The notes beneath the pieces were generated by a model, which saw only the letters and a program-made list of their open reading frames with translations, ran no database searches and was not told where the DNA came from. From Malacoraja senta (lineage: Eukaryota), in NCBI GenBank assembly GCA_038087875.1, contig CM075982.1, positions 36,766,001-36,830,000 on the forward strand: a stretch of 64,000 bases of DNA. Direction: 5' to 3'. This document shows, piece after piece, positions 47,073 through 59,738 of the stretch. The position numbers and the translations under genes were made by a program. Within the stretch, counting starts at the first letter, position 1, and each line of letters starts with the position of its first letter.

Positions 47073-47764
47073 TTGACATTGTGGACCGAAAGGCCTGTTC
47101 TTGTGCTGTTATATATCAACATCGTAGAAAAAAAATTAAATCCATGTCATCTGCAGTTTTTTTGTTCTTTAATAGATGGTCTTGGGTTATCCACCTCTGC
47201 CACTGTAATCAATTATCTCTTAACCTTTTCAGCTCTTAAATATAATTCACCTCAGATTCACTAATCTTCCCATGGTGCTCAAGGCTATCAAAATCTCACC
47301 TGTACCATCTCCTCAGAATACAAGCACAGTACACATGCATAGGTCCACAAGCTAGGACCTGATCTCTGCTTTATGAAGATTATGTACGTCTTTTGTTTTT
47401 GTGCTAAAGATCTCCATTTGCAAACCTATGGATTGCATATGCCTCTTTATTAATTTTACTAAAATGATTTACACAAAATAACTTTATTCTGCCATATGCC
47501 TACCCATATGGATGATTTGACTACACTCTGCTGCTATTTCCCCCCCCCCCCCCCCCCATGTTCTGTAATATGCAAACTTCAAAATTTTGCCCTGCATACA
47601 TATTAATTTCCCATATACTCACATGCATTTATACACACACACACACACACGTACATGTGTTTGCGTATTTTTTTTCAGTATATGACTTCTATGTGTATGG
47701 TATTAAGGTACTATATGTAGTACCTATACAGTACTTTTTTAATACCATACATAAAGTCATCATT

Positions 47765-48331
47765 AGGGCAGCACAATGGTGCAACAGTAGAGTTGCTACC
47801 TTACAGAGCCAGAGACCCAGGTTTGATCCTGACTATGGATGCTGTCTTAATGAAGTTTGTACATTCTCCCTCTGGGTTTTCCTCGGGAGCTCCGGTTACT
47901 GCCCACACTACAAAGACATACAAGTTTGTAGTTTACACCCCAGCGGTATGAACATTGACCTCTAATTTCAGGGAGTCCCTGCTTTCTCCTCCCCTTCTCA
48001 GCTCTCACTCGGCCCACTCTCAGCCTCTTCCTTTTTTTCTTCTTCCCGCCCCCCCCCCTCACATCAGTCTGAAGAAGGGTCTCGACTTGAAACGCTGCCT
48101 ATTTCCTTCGCTCCATAGATGCTGCTTCACCCGCTGAGTTTCTCCAGCATTTTTGTCTACCTTCGATTTTCCAGCAACTGCAGATCCCTCTTAAACAAGT
48201 TTGTAGGTTAATTGAATACAGTAAAAATTGTAAATTTTCCCAAGAGTGTAGGATTATGCAAGTGTACAGTGTGATCATTGGTTGGCGTGGACTGAAGGGC
48301 CTGTTTCCATGCTCTATCTCTAAAGTCTAAA
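47765..48331 (+). mobile_element. HE1-type V-SINE interrupted by a Penelope tail
   Basis: gggcagcacaatggtgcaacagtagag head, V-domain, tail tatctctaaagtctaaa. Confidence 0.85.
47932..48194 (+). mobile_element. 5'-truncated Penelope-like insertion
   Basis: ttacacccagcggtatgaacattgac ORF end + terminal repeat; TSD acaagtttgtag at 47920-47931 and 48195-48206. Confidence 0.85.
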
Positions 48332-48364
48332 TCTTGAACATCTCCAGCCAATCTTGGTCAGAAT

Positions 48365-48930
48365 TCATCTCGAGGACTGCAAGCAGTTCTGGTCACCAAG
48401 AACTAGAAAGATGCAATCATCCTGGACAGAGGAGATTCAACAGGATGTATTCTGGAATAGAGCAGTCCAGTTATGACCAGAGACTGCAGAAGCTATGTCT
48501 GTTCTCCCAGGAGCACAAGCGTTTAAGCAGGTACATGATTGAGGTACATAAAGTTATGAGGGATATAGGGTTATAAGGGTAATCTGCAGGAAGTGCCCTC
48601 ACCCACCCAGCACCTCTGGAGAGAAGAAATGGGTGACGTTTCGGGTCGAGACTTCTTCAGACGGATCTAGATAAAACTAGAGTATATTGGCTTAGAACAA
48701 GGGGTCAAGGGGACCTTGTTCACACCGAGGGGCAAGTTTCTGGAATGTTCCCGAGAGAGTAAGTAGTTGAAGTTGGGTCGCTGACAGTGTCTAGGTGAGC
48801 ACAGGAATCGCCAGGTCATAGAGGGCTACGTACCAAGTGCTGAATGATGAAAGTAATACAGAACAGTGCCTACTAGCTGGCATGGATGGTTTGGGCTAAA
48901 TGACCCGATTCCATGCTGTACAGCTCTGTA
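48365..48930 (+). mobile_element. Degenerate CR1 3' end
   Basis: QRRFNRMYSG..RLSRYMIEVHKVMR. Confidence 0.7.
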
Positions 48931-49029
48931 ATTCTAATTAGCCATTGTGACTCCCAGCTTTGTCAAATATACAAGCACATAGCCATTGGCCATTTATCTC
49001 ATAAAATGGTTCCCTTGGTGAAACTGGTT

Positions 49030-49290
49030 TTTATAGTGCCTTTCATTAATACAGCACTGCTTTTGAAATGTTTAGGAAACAGCCATTTTGCAAAAAACTC
49101 ACAAATGGTAATGACATAATGGCCAGATAATTTGTGCGATGTTTGTCGATAAATACATTTTGACCAGAGAAGCACTCTGCTCTTTGTTTAAAAAAAGCAA
49201 CAGGCCCTTTAATTCATACCCAAAAACTGTTTAACTCCTTATCGGATATAAAGGTGCCTTAAAGAGCATGCATTCATTAATGCACAGTAC
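49030..49290 (-). mobile_element. Degenerate SacSINE1/DeuSINE-like remnant
   Basis: ttatagtgcctttc..ataatggccagataat..gataaatac..ctctgctctt..gtttaac. Confidence 0.45.
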
Positions 49291-49756
49291 ACACGTACAA
49301 TCATTAAGTACCAGCTACAGATGAAGTGCATTTAGTTGGTCTTCGTGCCACAGACAATTGTTCTTATAAAAGGAATACATCTGTGGAAAAACAGGTTTCT
49401 TTAACCTCGCTAACTTAGGAGACACTGTAGTTCTTCAACATTCTTACAAGTAATGATCATAGATAGCTTTGTATGATGCAAGTTTACTTCCTTTATACTT
49501 TTTTTTAAAGTTTGGAATTTACTTAAGAAAAATAATGCTAGAATTTGAAACCATTTCATTTATCTGAACTAACCATCAGCCATCTTATCCAAGATTAACT
49601 TTCATAGCATGCCGTCAGAGATGCATAATGCTAATATTACAAGTCACTCACTCAATGTCATAACTACCTTAAAAAAAAAATGAAGGCATGTCTAAATGAA
49701 GTGGAAAGTGAAAACTGGAATAGGTTGTTATCCGAAACTGTTGAATTCTACAATGT

Positions 49757-50816
49757 CAGAGCTACCAAGTTTTGTCAGAGCATTTCAGTATTCTAGTACC
49801 TGAAAATCTGTATTTTGCTGGGGAAATCAGTATTTTTATGCGGTGCCAATTTGCTGAAAAAAGTGTTTTTTTTGTGTGCGGTAAGAGTACAACTTTATAA
49901 CCTACGAACCTATCTCCAATGATGTATTATTATTAAATTATTCCACTCTTTTCTTTTTTATCTTGACATTTGTGTTTTTTTCTTTTTTTTCTCTTTCTTT
50001 CTCACTTTCTATCTATAAAAAAAAACTAGAAACAGAATCAATCCACAATTGATAATATTAATAAGGTATGATTGATAAACATGAAATGTTTTTACCATAA
50101 TATGTCTTTGCTTCTAATAAAAATATATATATATTTTTTAAAGAGTACAAGAATGCATAACTTTGCTACCAATTGACATGTCTTCCATGCACCTTACGTG
50201 ACAGTGCATTCATTGCCATCTCTTTGTATACTGCTGTTTGAACAGCTGCTTCCTGCTTTTAGCACCAGATGATGATGAAGCCATTTTGGAAGCCTCCCTT
50301 TCCCTCGCTCTCCCTCCTTCCTCTCTTTCCCTCCCTCCGTCCCTCTACCCCCCCCCCCCTTTATCCCTCCCCCCTCCCCCCTCTCTTATTCCCTCCCTTC
50401 CTCCCACTCCCTCTCTCCCTCCCCCAAGTCTGTGACCCATAGCGCTGTGGCCATAGCACTATGTGTAAAGCCCTCCAGCTGGGAGCGCTATTTTTAGAAC
50501 CCATAGCGCTGTTCGTTTAAATTCCCACACGTTAAACTGACAGCGCTGTTTAAACCTGGAGCGGGACAGGCAGATCAAAGCTTACAAAAATAATCATTCA
50601 GATCTTGAAATTTAAAATACTAATAGATATAATGTTATAATTTTTAGAGGTACAGTATGACTTTTTATATCCTTGCATTTTTTAAGCAGCAAGATGAAAC
50701 AGGAAGTCAGGCTGATTTTTTTTTTTATCCATATTTTACAAAGCAATTCCGTACATCCGTATTCTGATCGCATTTCCGTACAAAATACGGAAAATCCGTA
50801 CTACTTGGCAGCTCTG
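49757..50816. mobile_element. Non-autonomous hAT-like element with 6-bp TSD (hAT6-like)
   Basis: TIR cagagctaccaagt / acttggcagctctg; TSD caatgt at 49751-49756 and 50817-50822; subterminal tccgta/tcagta repeats. Confidence 0.75.
49893..50140 (+). mobile_element. L1-like 3' UTR insertion
   Basis: Ends cttctaataaaa..; TSD aagagtacaa at 49883-49892 and 50141-50150. Confidence 0.7.
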
Positions 50817-51299
50817 CAATGTATCCTGAAATTTGTGACATGCATGCTACTGAGGAATGTGAGGTACTGTTCCTCAAGCTTACCATGAGCTTCATCGAAA
50901 AAGTGCAGGATGTTAAACAGAGATACAAGAATGAGCAAGTCAGGGTAAGAATAGCAAGTAATTGAAAGCCCAGGGACACATTCATGATCTAAAGAAAGAC
51001 ACTTCAAAGTGTCACCCCATCTGTTTGGTTTCCATGATGTAAAAACCATTATCATATGCACTGAATGCAGTAAATTAAACTAGAACAAGTACATGCAAAA
51101 AACGCTGCATCACCTGAAAATTTGAGTGCCTGGAAGATAAAGGGAGGAGGTCGATGGGCAGGTGTTGCATTTCATTTGAGACATTAACACTGACACCATT
51201 TCCTCTGTTGGATAGTTGTAAAAGATAAAAGATATACCATTACTTTCAAGAGCAGGGAAAATCCTGCCGTGACATTGAGCTCTTCTTCCGTTGTCCAAA

Positions 51300-52978
51300 A
51301 TCTGTTTTTAAACCCACCAAAAAGGGAGATGCCATTATTGTCTGGCAAGCTGACCTCTACCATGCTGAGGGCAATCGCCAGCTCTTGGACACCTCCTCAC
51401 ACCTACCACTTGACCATGAAGCCACAGATGATCACCATGCCATCAACCCACACTGTTTCCAATCTCATCACCTCTCCTTCACAGCCTCCAACCTTATTAT
51501 TCCCCAGCCATGCACTACCCGCTTCCATCTCTCCCAAAATCCACAAAGAGGACTGCCATGGTGGACCCTTGTTTCTGCATGGTCCTGCACCACTGAACTC
51601 ATTTTCACATATTTTGATTCCATCCTATTCTCCCCTCGTCCAGTCCCTTCCGAGACACCTCAAACATCCTTCAACTCTTGAATAACGTTGTGTCCTATCC
51701 ATCATTGGCTCATCATTACTATGGATGTCCATTCTCTTTATATCTCCATTCCCCACCAGGAAAGTATCAAGGCTCTCCGGTTCTTCATTGAACAGAGACC
51801 CAATCAATTTATCTGTACATTTGCCTGATGGAAGTTGTCCCCACCCACAAAACCAACTCTTGACTCGTCTCTCTTTCATCAATTTAAAAGTGTAGCCATG
51901 GGCATTCACAATGGCCCCAGCTACGCCTTTTTGGTGGTTGCATCAAACAGTCCTTGTTTCAGACGTACACTGGTACAACCACCCAACTCTTCCTCCACCA
52001 AATCTGCAACTGCATTGGGGTGCCTCCTGCAACCGTGCAGAACTTTTTGATTTCATTAACTTTATCACTAACTTAAACCCCTGACCCACGGTACGAGTTC
52101 ATTCCAAGAGTTCTCCCGAGTTTGAACTCGGAGATTTACGGTAATGGCCACTCGTCGGCACTCGGGCTCTCGTGGACATTTTTCACCATGTTGAAAAATC
52201 TTCACGAATCTTCCCGTGCTTACCTGCCGTTAGCGAGTCTTCCCGAGTACCTGCCGTTAGCGCTAAGAGGTCCCCGAGCTCCGACGTACCCGCTACGTTC
52301 ATTCTCCGTGCTTACGAGTCTGATTTTTTTTTAACTCGGGAGAACTCTTGGAATTAACTCGTACTGTGGGACAGGGCTATTACAAAGACGTTATCCTCTA
52401 CTCTCAATTTCTCCATCTCGGCTGCATCTGCTCCCAAGATAAGGTTTCCAAAGGACAAACATATCATTCTCTAACATTTCCATCACCTCCGACATGATCC
52501 CACCACCAGTCCCCCATCCTTTCCACCTTCCACAGAGAACAGTACCTCTGCAATTCCTTGGATCACTCATCCCTTCCCACCAAAAACTACCCCCTCACCA
52601 AGAAATGTAATACCTGGCCCACACCTCCACCTAGGGACCCCAGCAGTCCTTCCAAGTGAAGCAGAGATTTACTTGCACCTAGTCTAACCTCATTTACTGC
52701 TTCAGATATTCACAATGTGGCCTCCTTTACATCGGCAAGGCCAAGCATAGACTCGCCAACAGTTTCGCTGATCACGGGATCAGTCCCCGCCAAGGCCTAC
52801 TGGATCTCCCAGTTACTAACCATTTTAACTCCTCTTCCTATACTGACCTTTCTGTCCAGGGCCTCCTCCATTGCCCGAGTGGGGCCACATGCAAACCAGA
52901 GGAACAATGCCCCACATTCTGTTTGGGTAATTTACAACCAAATAGTATGAACATTGAATTCTCCCATTTTAGGTAACT
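51300..52978 (+). mobile_element. Penelope-like retroelement remnant (RT + GIY-YIG)
   Basis: KPTKKGDAIIVWQADLY, PKIHKEDC, TMDVHSLYISIPHQ, VAMG..GPSYA, QRFTCT..NLIYC..CGLLYIGK. Confidence 0.9.
52076..52379. mobile_element. PIF/Harbinger-like MITE
   Basis: ~45-bp TIRs (ccctgWcccacRgtacgagttMattccaagagttctcccgagtt); TTA TSD at 52073-52075 and 52380-52382. Confidence 0.85.
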
Positions 52979-53264
52979 TCCAAATCATTTCTGTATTTGC
53001 TATATTATAATGAATGACCATTCTTTTAAAGTAATCATTTATCGCTTGCGTACACGGGATAAGAAAGGCAACACAAAGCTCGTAAGTCAAATTTGGTAAA
53101 ACTGGCTTGTGTTAAAATACATAAAACATGGATGTTCATAAATTTTGAACGTGGGCTGGAACTGTAGTTTTTCAAAATAAAAAATTAAGAGTCTCCATCA
53201 CCAATACTGACAATTCCATAAACAGAATCAGAATCACAAAAACGCCTAATCCCAGCAATGTCAG

Positions 53265-53438
53265 GGTTACCAACTGATTTTGAACATTTCAAAATCCAGC
53301 GGCGACAAAAAAGTCGCGACACTTGAAAAAACACCACGCGTCAATACGTCATCACGCCGCAAATTTTTCGGTGACCTGATACGTCAGTCAATGATGCCGG
53401 CAGTCGCTGAAAAAAATCGGCATGCGGGACAGTCCCTT
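53265..53438. mobile_element. Right end of Harbinger-like MITE
   Basis: CpG-rich, ends gcgggacagtccct followed by tta, like the other Harbinger TIRs. Confidence 0.5.
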
Positions 53439-54564
53439 TAATCTATTTCATGTATACAAAACTATGCAAATACTGCATCATTTATTTAAATTGCATTGAG
53501 TATACAAAAATGATGTCCCTGGAGTATGTGGCAGATTGGTAACCCAGAGATCTTGACTATAATCCATCAACTAGAATTCAAATCCTCCACCATGGCAGTT
53601 ATGGAATTTTAATATAATTATAATCTACAGTTTGCATCAAAAATAACAAGTCTTAATAATTGTCACCACAAAAATTGTGTTGCAAAAACCCATCTGATGT
53701 TTACACAAGAAAACCTCCCATCATTATCCAGCCTGGTTTATGTGCAATCTAAACCTTTGTCATGTAGATCAGGAATGGTGATGCAAAGCCAGTTGTGGCA
53801 AGCTCACCACAACCTTGTCAAAAGGCAATTAGCAAATATAGATAGTACTGTTGTAGTATAACACACTGAATTGAATTTAGGATTCTGGAATTAATCTCAA
53901 CACGACTGCATAATAGTTGTGCACAATAAACTCATATAGGTAATTCACAATGTATTCTGCATTTGGGAATGATTTTTTAACACTTCAAAGTGTATATGAA
54001 GCAACTTTTTCCATAAGTCAAGCCTTCATTTCAGCAATGTAGTCACAAAAGCAAAGAGCATTTATTTCACAGAGTAACTTCAATATAAGTGTTGTATCTA
54101 GCGCATTAGTAGAAGCCAGTTAGAGGCAGTCCACAGGTTCCAGAAAACTATTCATAACCTTTATTTTTCATAAATCAGAAGTGGACAAGATCAGCATGCA
54201 GTAGAGCATGACAGACACCCCCAAGACAGGAGAGCAGACAGACACGGGAGGAGCTCCAGCCAGCCTCACTAAATCAGTGAGCAAGGGAGTCTGCTCATTC
54301 ATTCTGGCTTTGCTCAGCTTGATGCAGCCCTCAATTATTGTAGATTGTTCGTATATATATATGGGTTTCTGTCTATACATTGTGCATTCATAACCCAGGG
54401 AAGACAAATTCTCCTTAGCGCAGCCTGACTGGCTAAGCATTTATTAATCTTTCCATTTTGCAGATTTTACATTTTTTCAGGCAAAGATTAGAAACTTCAA
54501 AAGGACAAGTTCTAAGTCCTGATCAGCCATCACTTTTCTCTGACTCCGTCTTGCCCATGTCATA

Positions 54565-55890
54565 TTAGGGAACTATGGGCCAGCAGGCCTGACATCAGTG
54601 GTGGGAAAGTTGTTGGAATGATCTCTGTGGACAGGATCTAGCAGCATGTGGATAGGCACAGGCTGATTAGGGATAGCGAGTATGGCCTTGTGCAAGGAAA
54701 ATAGTACCTCACAAATCTGATCTTTTTTTTTTTTTTTTTTTTTAAAAGAGGTCACCAAGAGGATTGATTAGGGCAGGGCAGTGGAGTTCGTCTATGTAGA
54801 CTTTAGCAAGGTCTTTGACAAAGTCTCTAATGGGATTCTAGTTTGGAAGGTTAGACCACAGGGAATCAAAGGTGAGCTAGACAAATTAATTCAAATTGGT
54901 TTAGCGGAAGGAGTCAGGACATTTTTTCTGATTGGCGGGTTGTAAACAGGAGTGCCGCAGGGTCAGTACAGTTTATCTAATAAATTTGTAGATTACACCA
55001 AAATTGATGGTAAAGTGGACAGTGAGGAAGGATACCCAGGTCTACAACAGAGTCTAGATTAGTTGAGAAGGTGGGTCAAGGAATGGCAAATGGAATTTAA
55101 TTCTGTAAAGTATGAGGTATTGAATTATCACCAGAGCAGGCTCTACACAGTAAATGGTAGAGTTATGGAGAATATCGCAGAACAGAGAAATATGGGAGCA
55201 CAGGTGCATGGTTATCCGAAAGTGGCGAGTCAGATGGACGGTTTGGTGAAGAAGCCTTTGGCACACTCGCTTTCAGTGGGAAGGGTATTAAGCACAAAAC
55301 TTGGAACATCATGATGCAGTTGTCTAAGTCTTTGGTGAGACCACGCTTGGAATACTCTGTGCAGTTCTGGTCATCGGCTTTTGGAAGGTTGCAAATTAGC
55401 GTGGCAAGTTTGGAAAGTTAGGAAGAGTGCTGAAGAGATTCAGCAGAATGTTTCTAGGGCTTGAGTGTAGGGAGAGGTTGGATAAACTGGGATTTTTTTT
55501 TTCCTTGGAGCGCAGGAGGCTGAAGGATGACCCTATTGAGGTGTACACGGTCATGAAAGGTCATGAATGCTCACGGTGTTTTCCCCCCAAAGTAGAGGAT
55601 TCTAAAACAAGAGGCATTGGCTCAAGGTGAGAAAGGAGAGATTTAAAAGAAACCTCAGCGGTAACATTTTCACTCGGAGGATAGTCCATATCTGGAGTGA
55701 GATGCCAGACGCAGCTATGAAGTGGTTACAATTATAACAGTTAAAAGTCATTTGTTCAGATACATGAAGAGGAAGTGTTTAGAGGGCTATGGGACAATAA
55801 CAGGGAAATGGGACTTTATGCCAACTTGGATGACATGAAGGCGAGTCAAAGGGCCTGTTGCTGTGCAATATAACTCTATGACTATGTCTT
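54565..55890 (+). mobile_element. CR1 LINE RT + 3' end
   Basis: SLTSVVGKLLE, VYVDFSKVFDKVS, WVKEWQMEFNS, RPRLEYSVQFWS; tail (ctatga)n. Confidence 0.9.
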
Positions 55891-56559
55891 TTCTCATGTT
55901 TTCACTATCCCTTCTTCCAATCTTCCCCTCTCCAATCCCAAACAATCTGTCCTTCCAGAGGAGCTTCTGTTTTATTCCTATTTCAATTACAAGCCTGACA
56001 CGGTGCTGAACGATCTACTATCTTCACCTCAGCTTCCATTTCTTTGGTCAGAAGTCATCACACCAAATAGTGGATCCTTCCACCTACCTTCAGAATTCCT
56101 TTTCCAGATGGACTCCTGTGTTCTTACCACTCTTGGTCTATTCATCACAAATTGCACTATAGCGAAATTGCCCGATTCAACTATTTTTTTTTAAAACCGC
56201 TCTTCCTCATCCTGACCAACTTGTTCCAGACCTTATTGAGGAAAGCACGAACGAGGGCATCTCAGGTCTCATATCCCAAAGCAATTTAAAAAAATCAAAT
56301 TAGATTGCTACCTTGTACAGAAAAAGTAGTTGAATACAGGAACATTTATTTTGCACCAAAACCACAATCTAAAATGTAACCTCATGAAATGAATGCATAA
56401 CTCGTCCTTACTCATGAAAAATATATATTTTAAAATAATTGATAAGATCTAAATACAAGTAACAGCAGAATTAAACTGAAAAGAATCTCTGTAATCAAGA
56501 GAAATAAAATAGCAAAAAATAAACATATTATAACAAATGTGTCTAATTATAGCCCCAAT

Positions 56560-57915
56560 CATAGAAACATAGAAAATAGGTACAGGAGTAGGCCATTCGG
56601 CCCTTCGAGCCTGCACCACCATTCAATATGATCATGGCTGATCATCCAACTCAGTATCCTGTACCTGCCTTCTCTCCATACCCCCTGATCCCTTTAGCCA
56701 CAAGGGCCACATCTAATTCCCTCTTAAATATAGCCAATGAACTGGCCTCAACTACCTTCTGTGGCAGAGAATTCCACAGATTCACCACTCTGTGTAAAAA
56801 ATGATTTTCTCATCTCGGTCCTAAAAGACTTCCCCCTTATCCTTGAACTGTGACCCCCTTGTTCTGGACTTCCCAACATCGGGAATAATCTTCCTGCATC
56901 TAGCCTGTCCAACCCCTTAAGAATTTTGTACGTTTCTATAAGATCCCCCCTCAATCTTCTAAATTCTAGCGAGTACAAGCCGAGTCTATCCAGTCATTCT
57001 TCATATGAAAGTCCTGCCATCCAAGGAATCAGTCTGGTGAACCTTCTCTGTACTCCCTCTATGGCAAGAATGTCTTTCCTCAGATTAGGAGACCAAACCT
57101 GTATGCAATACTCCAGGTGTGGTCTCACCAAGACTCTGTACAACTGCAGTAGAACCTCCCTGCTCTTATACTCAAATCCTTTTGCTATGAATGCTAACAT
57201 ACCATTCGCTTTCTTCACTGCCTGCTGCACCTGCATGCCTACTTTCAATGACTGGTGTACCATGACACCCAGATCTCGTTCCATGGGTGGACATGGGGAT
57301 GGGGACTGGACTTTGTGCCTTCCCCCACAGTGGGAGCCATTGTGGGGGGATGTTTTTATGTTTAATGTTAAACTTCTTAATGCTATGTTGTATTTTTATT
57401 AGTGTGCTGCAAGGACATCAGAATTTCCCCTGAATAAGGGGATTAATAAAGTAAAAATCAAATCAAATCAAATCAAATCTCCCCTTTTCCTAATCGGCCA
57501 CCATTCAGATAATAGTCTACTTTCCTGTTTTTGCCACTAAAGTGGATAACCTCACATTTATCCACATTATACTGCATCTGCCATGCATTTGCCCACTCAC
57601 CCAACCTATCCAAGTCACCTTGCAGCCTCCTAGCAATCCTCCTCACAGCTAACAATGCCCCCTAGCTTCGTGTTATCCGCAAACTTGGAGTTGTTGCATT
57701 CAATTCCCTCATCCAGATCATTAATATATATTGTAAATAGCTGGGGTCCCAGCACTGAGCCTTGCGGTACCCCACTAGTCACTGCCTGCCATTCTGAAAA
57801 GGACCCGTTTACTCCTACTCTTTGCTTCCTGTCTGCCAGCCAGTTTTCTATCCACATCAATACTGAACCCCCAATACTGTGTGCTTTAAGTTTGCATACT
57901 AATCTCTTATGTGGG
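56560..57915 (-). mobile_element. Young CR1 LINE RT + 3' end
   Basis: [32 protein letters not shown]; RPHLEYCIQVWSP; (tagaaaca)n tail. Confidence 0.95.
57281..57479 (+). mobile_element. 5'-truncated copy of the GC-rich retroposon family inside CR1
   Basis: ccatgggtg..gccttcccccacagtggg..gaatttc..aataaag + (atcaa)n; matches 5620-5810. Confidence 0.8.
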
Positions 57916-58729
57916 ATATTGATTTACAAATAAAACTTCGTAACATCCAAAAAATGTGTATAAATAACAGATCTAGAACAAAGAAATGGTAAAGTTATAA
58001 AAGATGCCCAAACTACACATTGGAATATATTAATTTCATACATCAGGGCTCTCCCTTAACTTTTTTTCCCTGTTGCCAGCCGGGCAACCATGGCAGCTTT
58101 TTAGGTTGCCAAATTACAGTTTAGGTGGTCATTTAAGATGGCTTGCATGACGCATGCAATAATGTGCTCGGACGAAGTGCGTAGTTACCAGTCGGAATTA
58201 TACTCAATGAAGCATTCACATATTATTTCTGCTTCAAATAAAGTCACAAACTAAACATATTCACCAATGAAGACATGATATATCCCACAATGACATGCAG
58301 CAAAATTATAAGACAGTATCTCAACTCTTTTTACACGTTGCAATTAATGCAATTTCTACTAGTTCTTTCCTCTTCCAAACAACAATGTGGTTGGATTATT
58401 CAGCGTATGATCAACCTGTGTCAATAAATCCTGGACCATGGTAAAATATATGCGTACGTATAGTTGTGATTGTTGCTCATTAACGAACTACAGTACTGAT
58501 ACTCCATATTAAGAGCATTGATTTGCCGTTAAAATGAATTCTGTAATAACGTGTCAACGGCAGCAGTGACAATCGAACACTGCGGTTTTAATGTTTCACG
58601 TGTTCACAATTTAATTAATCCATCTTTATGTATTAAAATAAGTAACATTGGGAATCAAAACACATTTGATTGCATTCCGTTATCAAACATAGTCAAAGTT
58701 CGCTCTGAAGACATTTCCAGCACAATAGG

Positions 58730-59600
58730 GTCAGGGAGGGAGGTGTGTGTGAATTAGTGCGGGGTGGATAGATGGCGGGGGTTGGGGGGGGGGGGGGGGG
58801 TTAGAAGGCAGTCGGTGCAGAATGGATGGATTGAGGCAGGTGAATTAGTACGTGTTGGTTGGAGTAGGTAAAATTGTGAGGGGAGAGCACCGGGGATGTC
58901 AGTGGTGTTAAATGGGGGGGGGGGGGGGATTCAGTACGGGATGGATGGGGGTAAACAAAAGTGCTGGAGAAACTCAGCGGGTGAGGCAGCATTTATGGAG
59001 CGAAGGAAATAGGCAACGTTTCGGGTCGAGACCCTTCTTCAGACTGTTCCCCCCATTCTTCTTGAATGGGAGGATCAGTACAGGATGGATGGAGCGGGAG
59101 ATCAGCGCAGGATGAATGGGGGGGGGGTCAGTACAGTGTGGATCGGAGGGTCTGTGCAGGATGAATGGGGGATCACTACAGGAAGAATGAGGGGAAGGGG
59201 GGAAGGTGCAGGGTAAATGGAGGGTGGGTCAGTATGGGATGAATGCGTGGATTAGTACAGGATGGATGGGGGATCAGTACAGCATGGATGGAGGAGAAGT
59301 GGAGGATGGATGGGAAAGGGGTAAGTACAGGGTGAATTGGGGAACCAGTGTAGGATGGATGATGGGGGGGGGGGGGGTGGCTGGAGAATCAGTGCGAGGT
59401 GGATAGGGTGATCAGCGCAGGATGAATAGATGGGGGGGGGGTAGATGGGGAGGGGAGCACAGGGGATGTCAGTGAGGACTGAATAGAGGCGGGAATGGGG
59501 ATCAGTGCGGGATGGAGTGGAGGGGTCCCAGGATAAGGGGGTGGAGGGGGCGTACAAGAGGGAGAGAGAGAGGGAGAGGGGGGGTGGGGAGGAAGGAAGG
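58730..59600 (+). repeat. G-rich degenerate minisatellite (gggatcagtacaggatggatgg-like units)
   Basis: Repeated RTCAGTRCRGGATG units separated by G runs. Confidence 0.7.
59015..59042 (-). ncRNA. Minimal hammerhead-ribozyme-like core in a Penelope tail
   Basis: Reverse strand CUGAAGA-A-GGG(UCUCGA)CCC-GAAAC-GUU intact. Confidence 0.55.
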
Positions 59601-59710
59601 TCAGCGCTCCTCGGACAACATCGCCCCGCTGCCTTGGCCGTTGGGAACTCCTCGCCACCGCCTCCCTCCTCCGCCAGCCAACAGCAAGGTGCGGGGCCGG
59701 CAGTGCAGCT

Positions 59711-59738
59711 CAGAGATCCTATAGCTATAAGATCTTTG
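59711..59738. mobile_element. 28-bp palindromic micro-MITE
   Basis: cagagatcctatag|ctataagatctttg (12/14 inverted match); 8-bp TSD gtgcagct at 59703-59710 and 59739-59746. Confidence 0.75.

Larger units (their letters stand above)
42740..47112 (+). mobile_element. Long CR1/HER1 LINE ORF2 remnant (endonuclease + RT) with nested insertions
   Basis: GGGIALLI, NFPNIDW, SPGPDGIYPGLLRE, DWKVANVVPLFKKGSRENPGNYGPVSVTS, GVPLGS, KFTDYTK, KWQMEF; tail resumes at ~47074. Confidence 0.9.
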
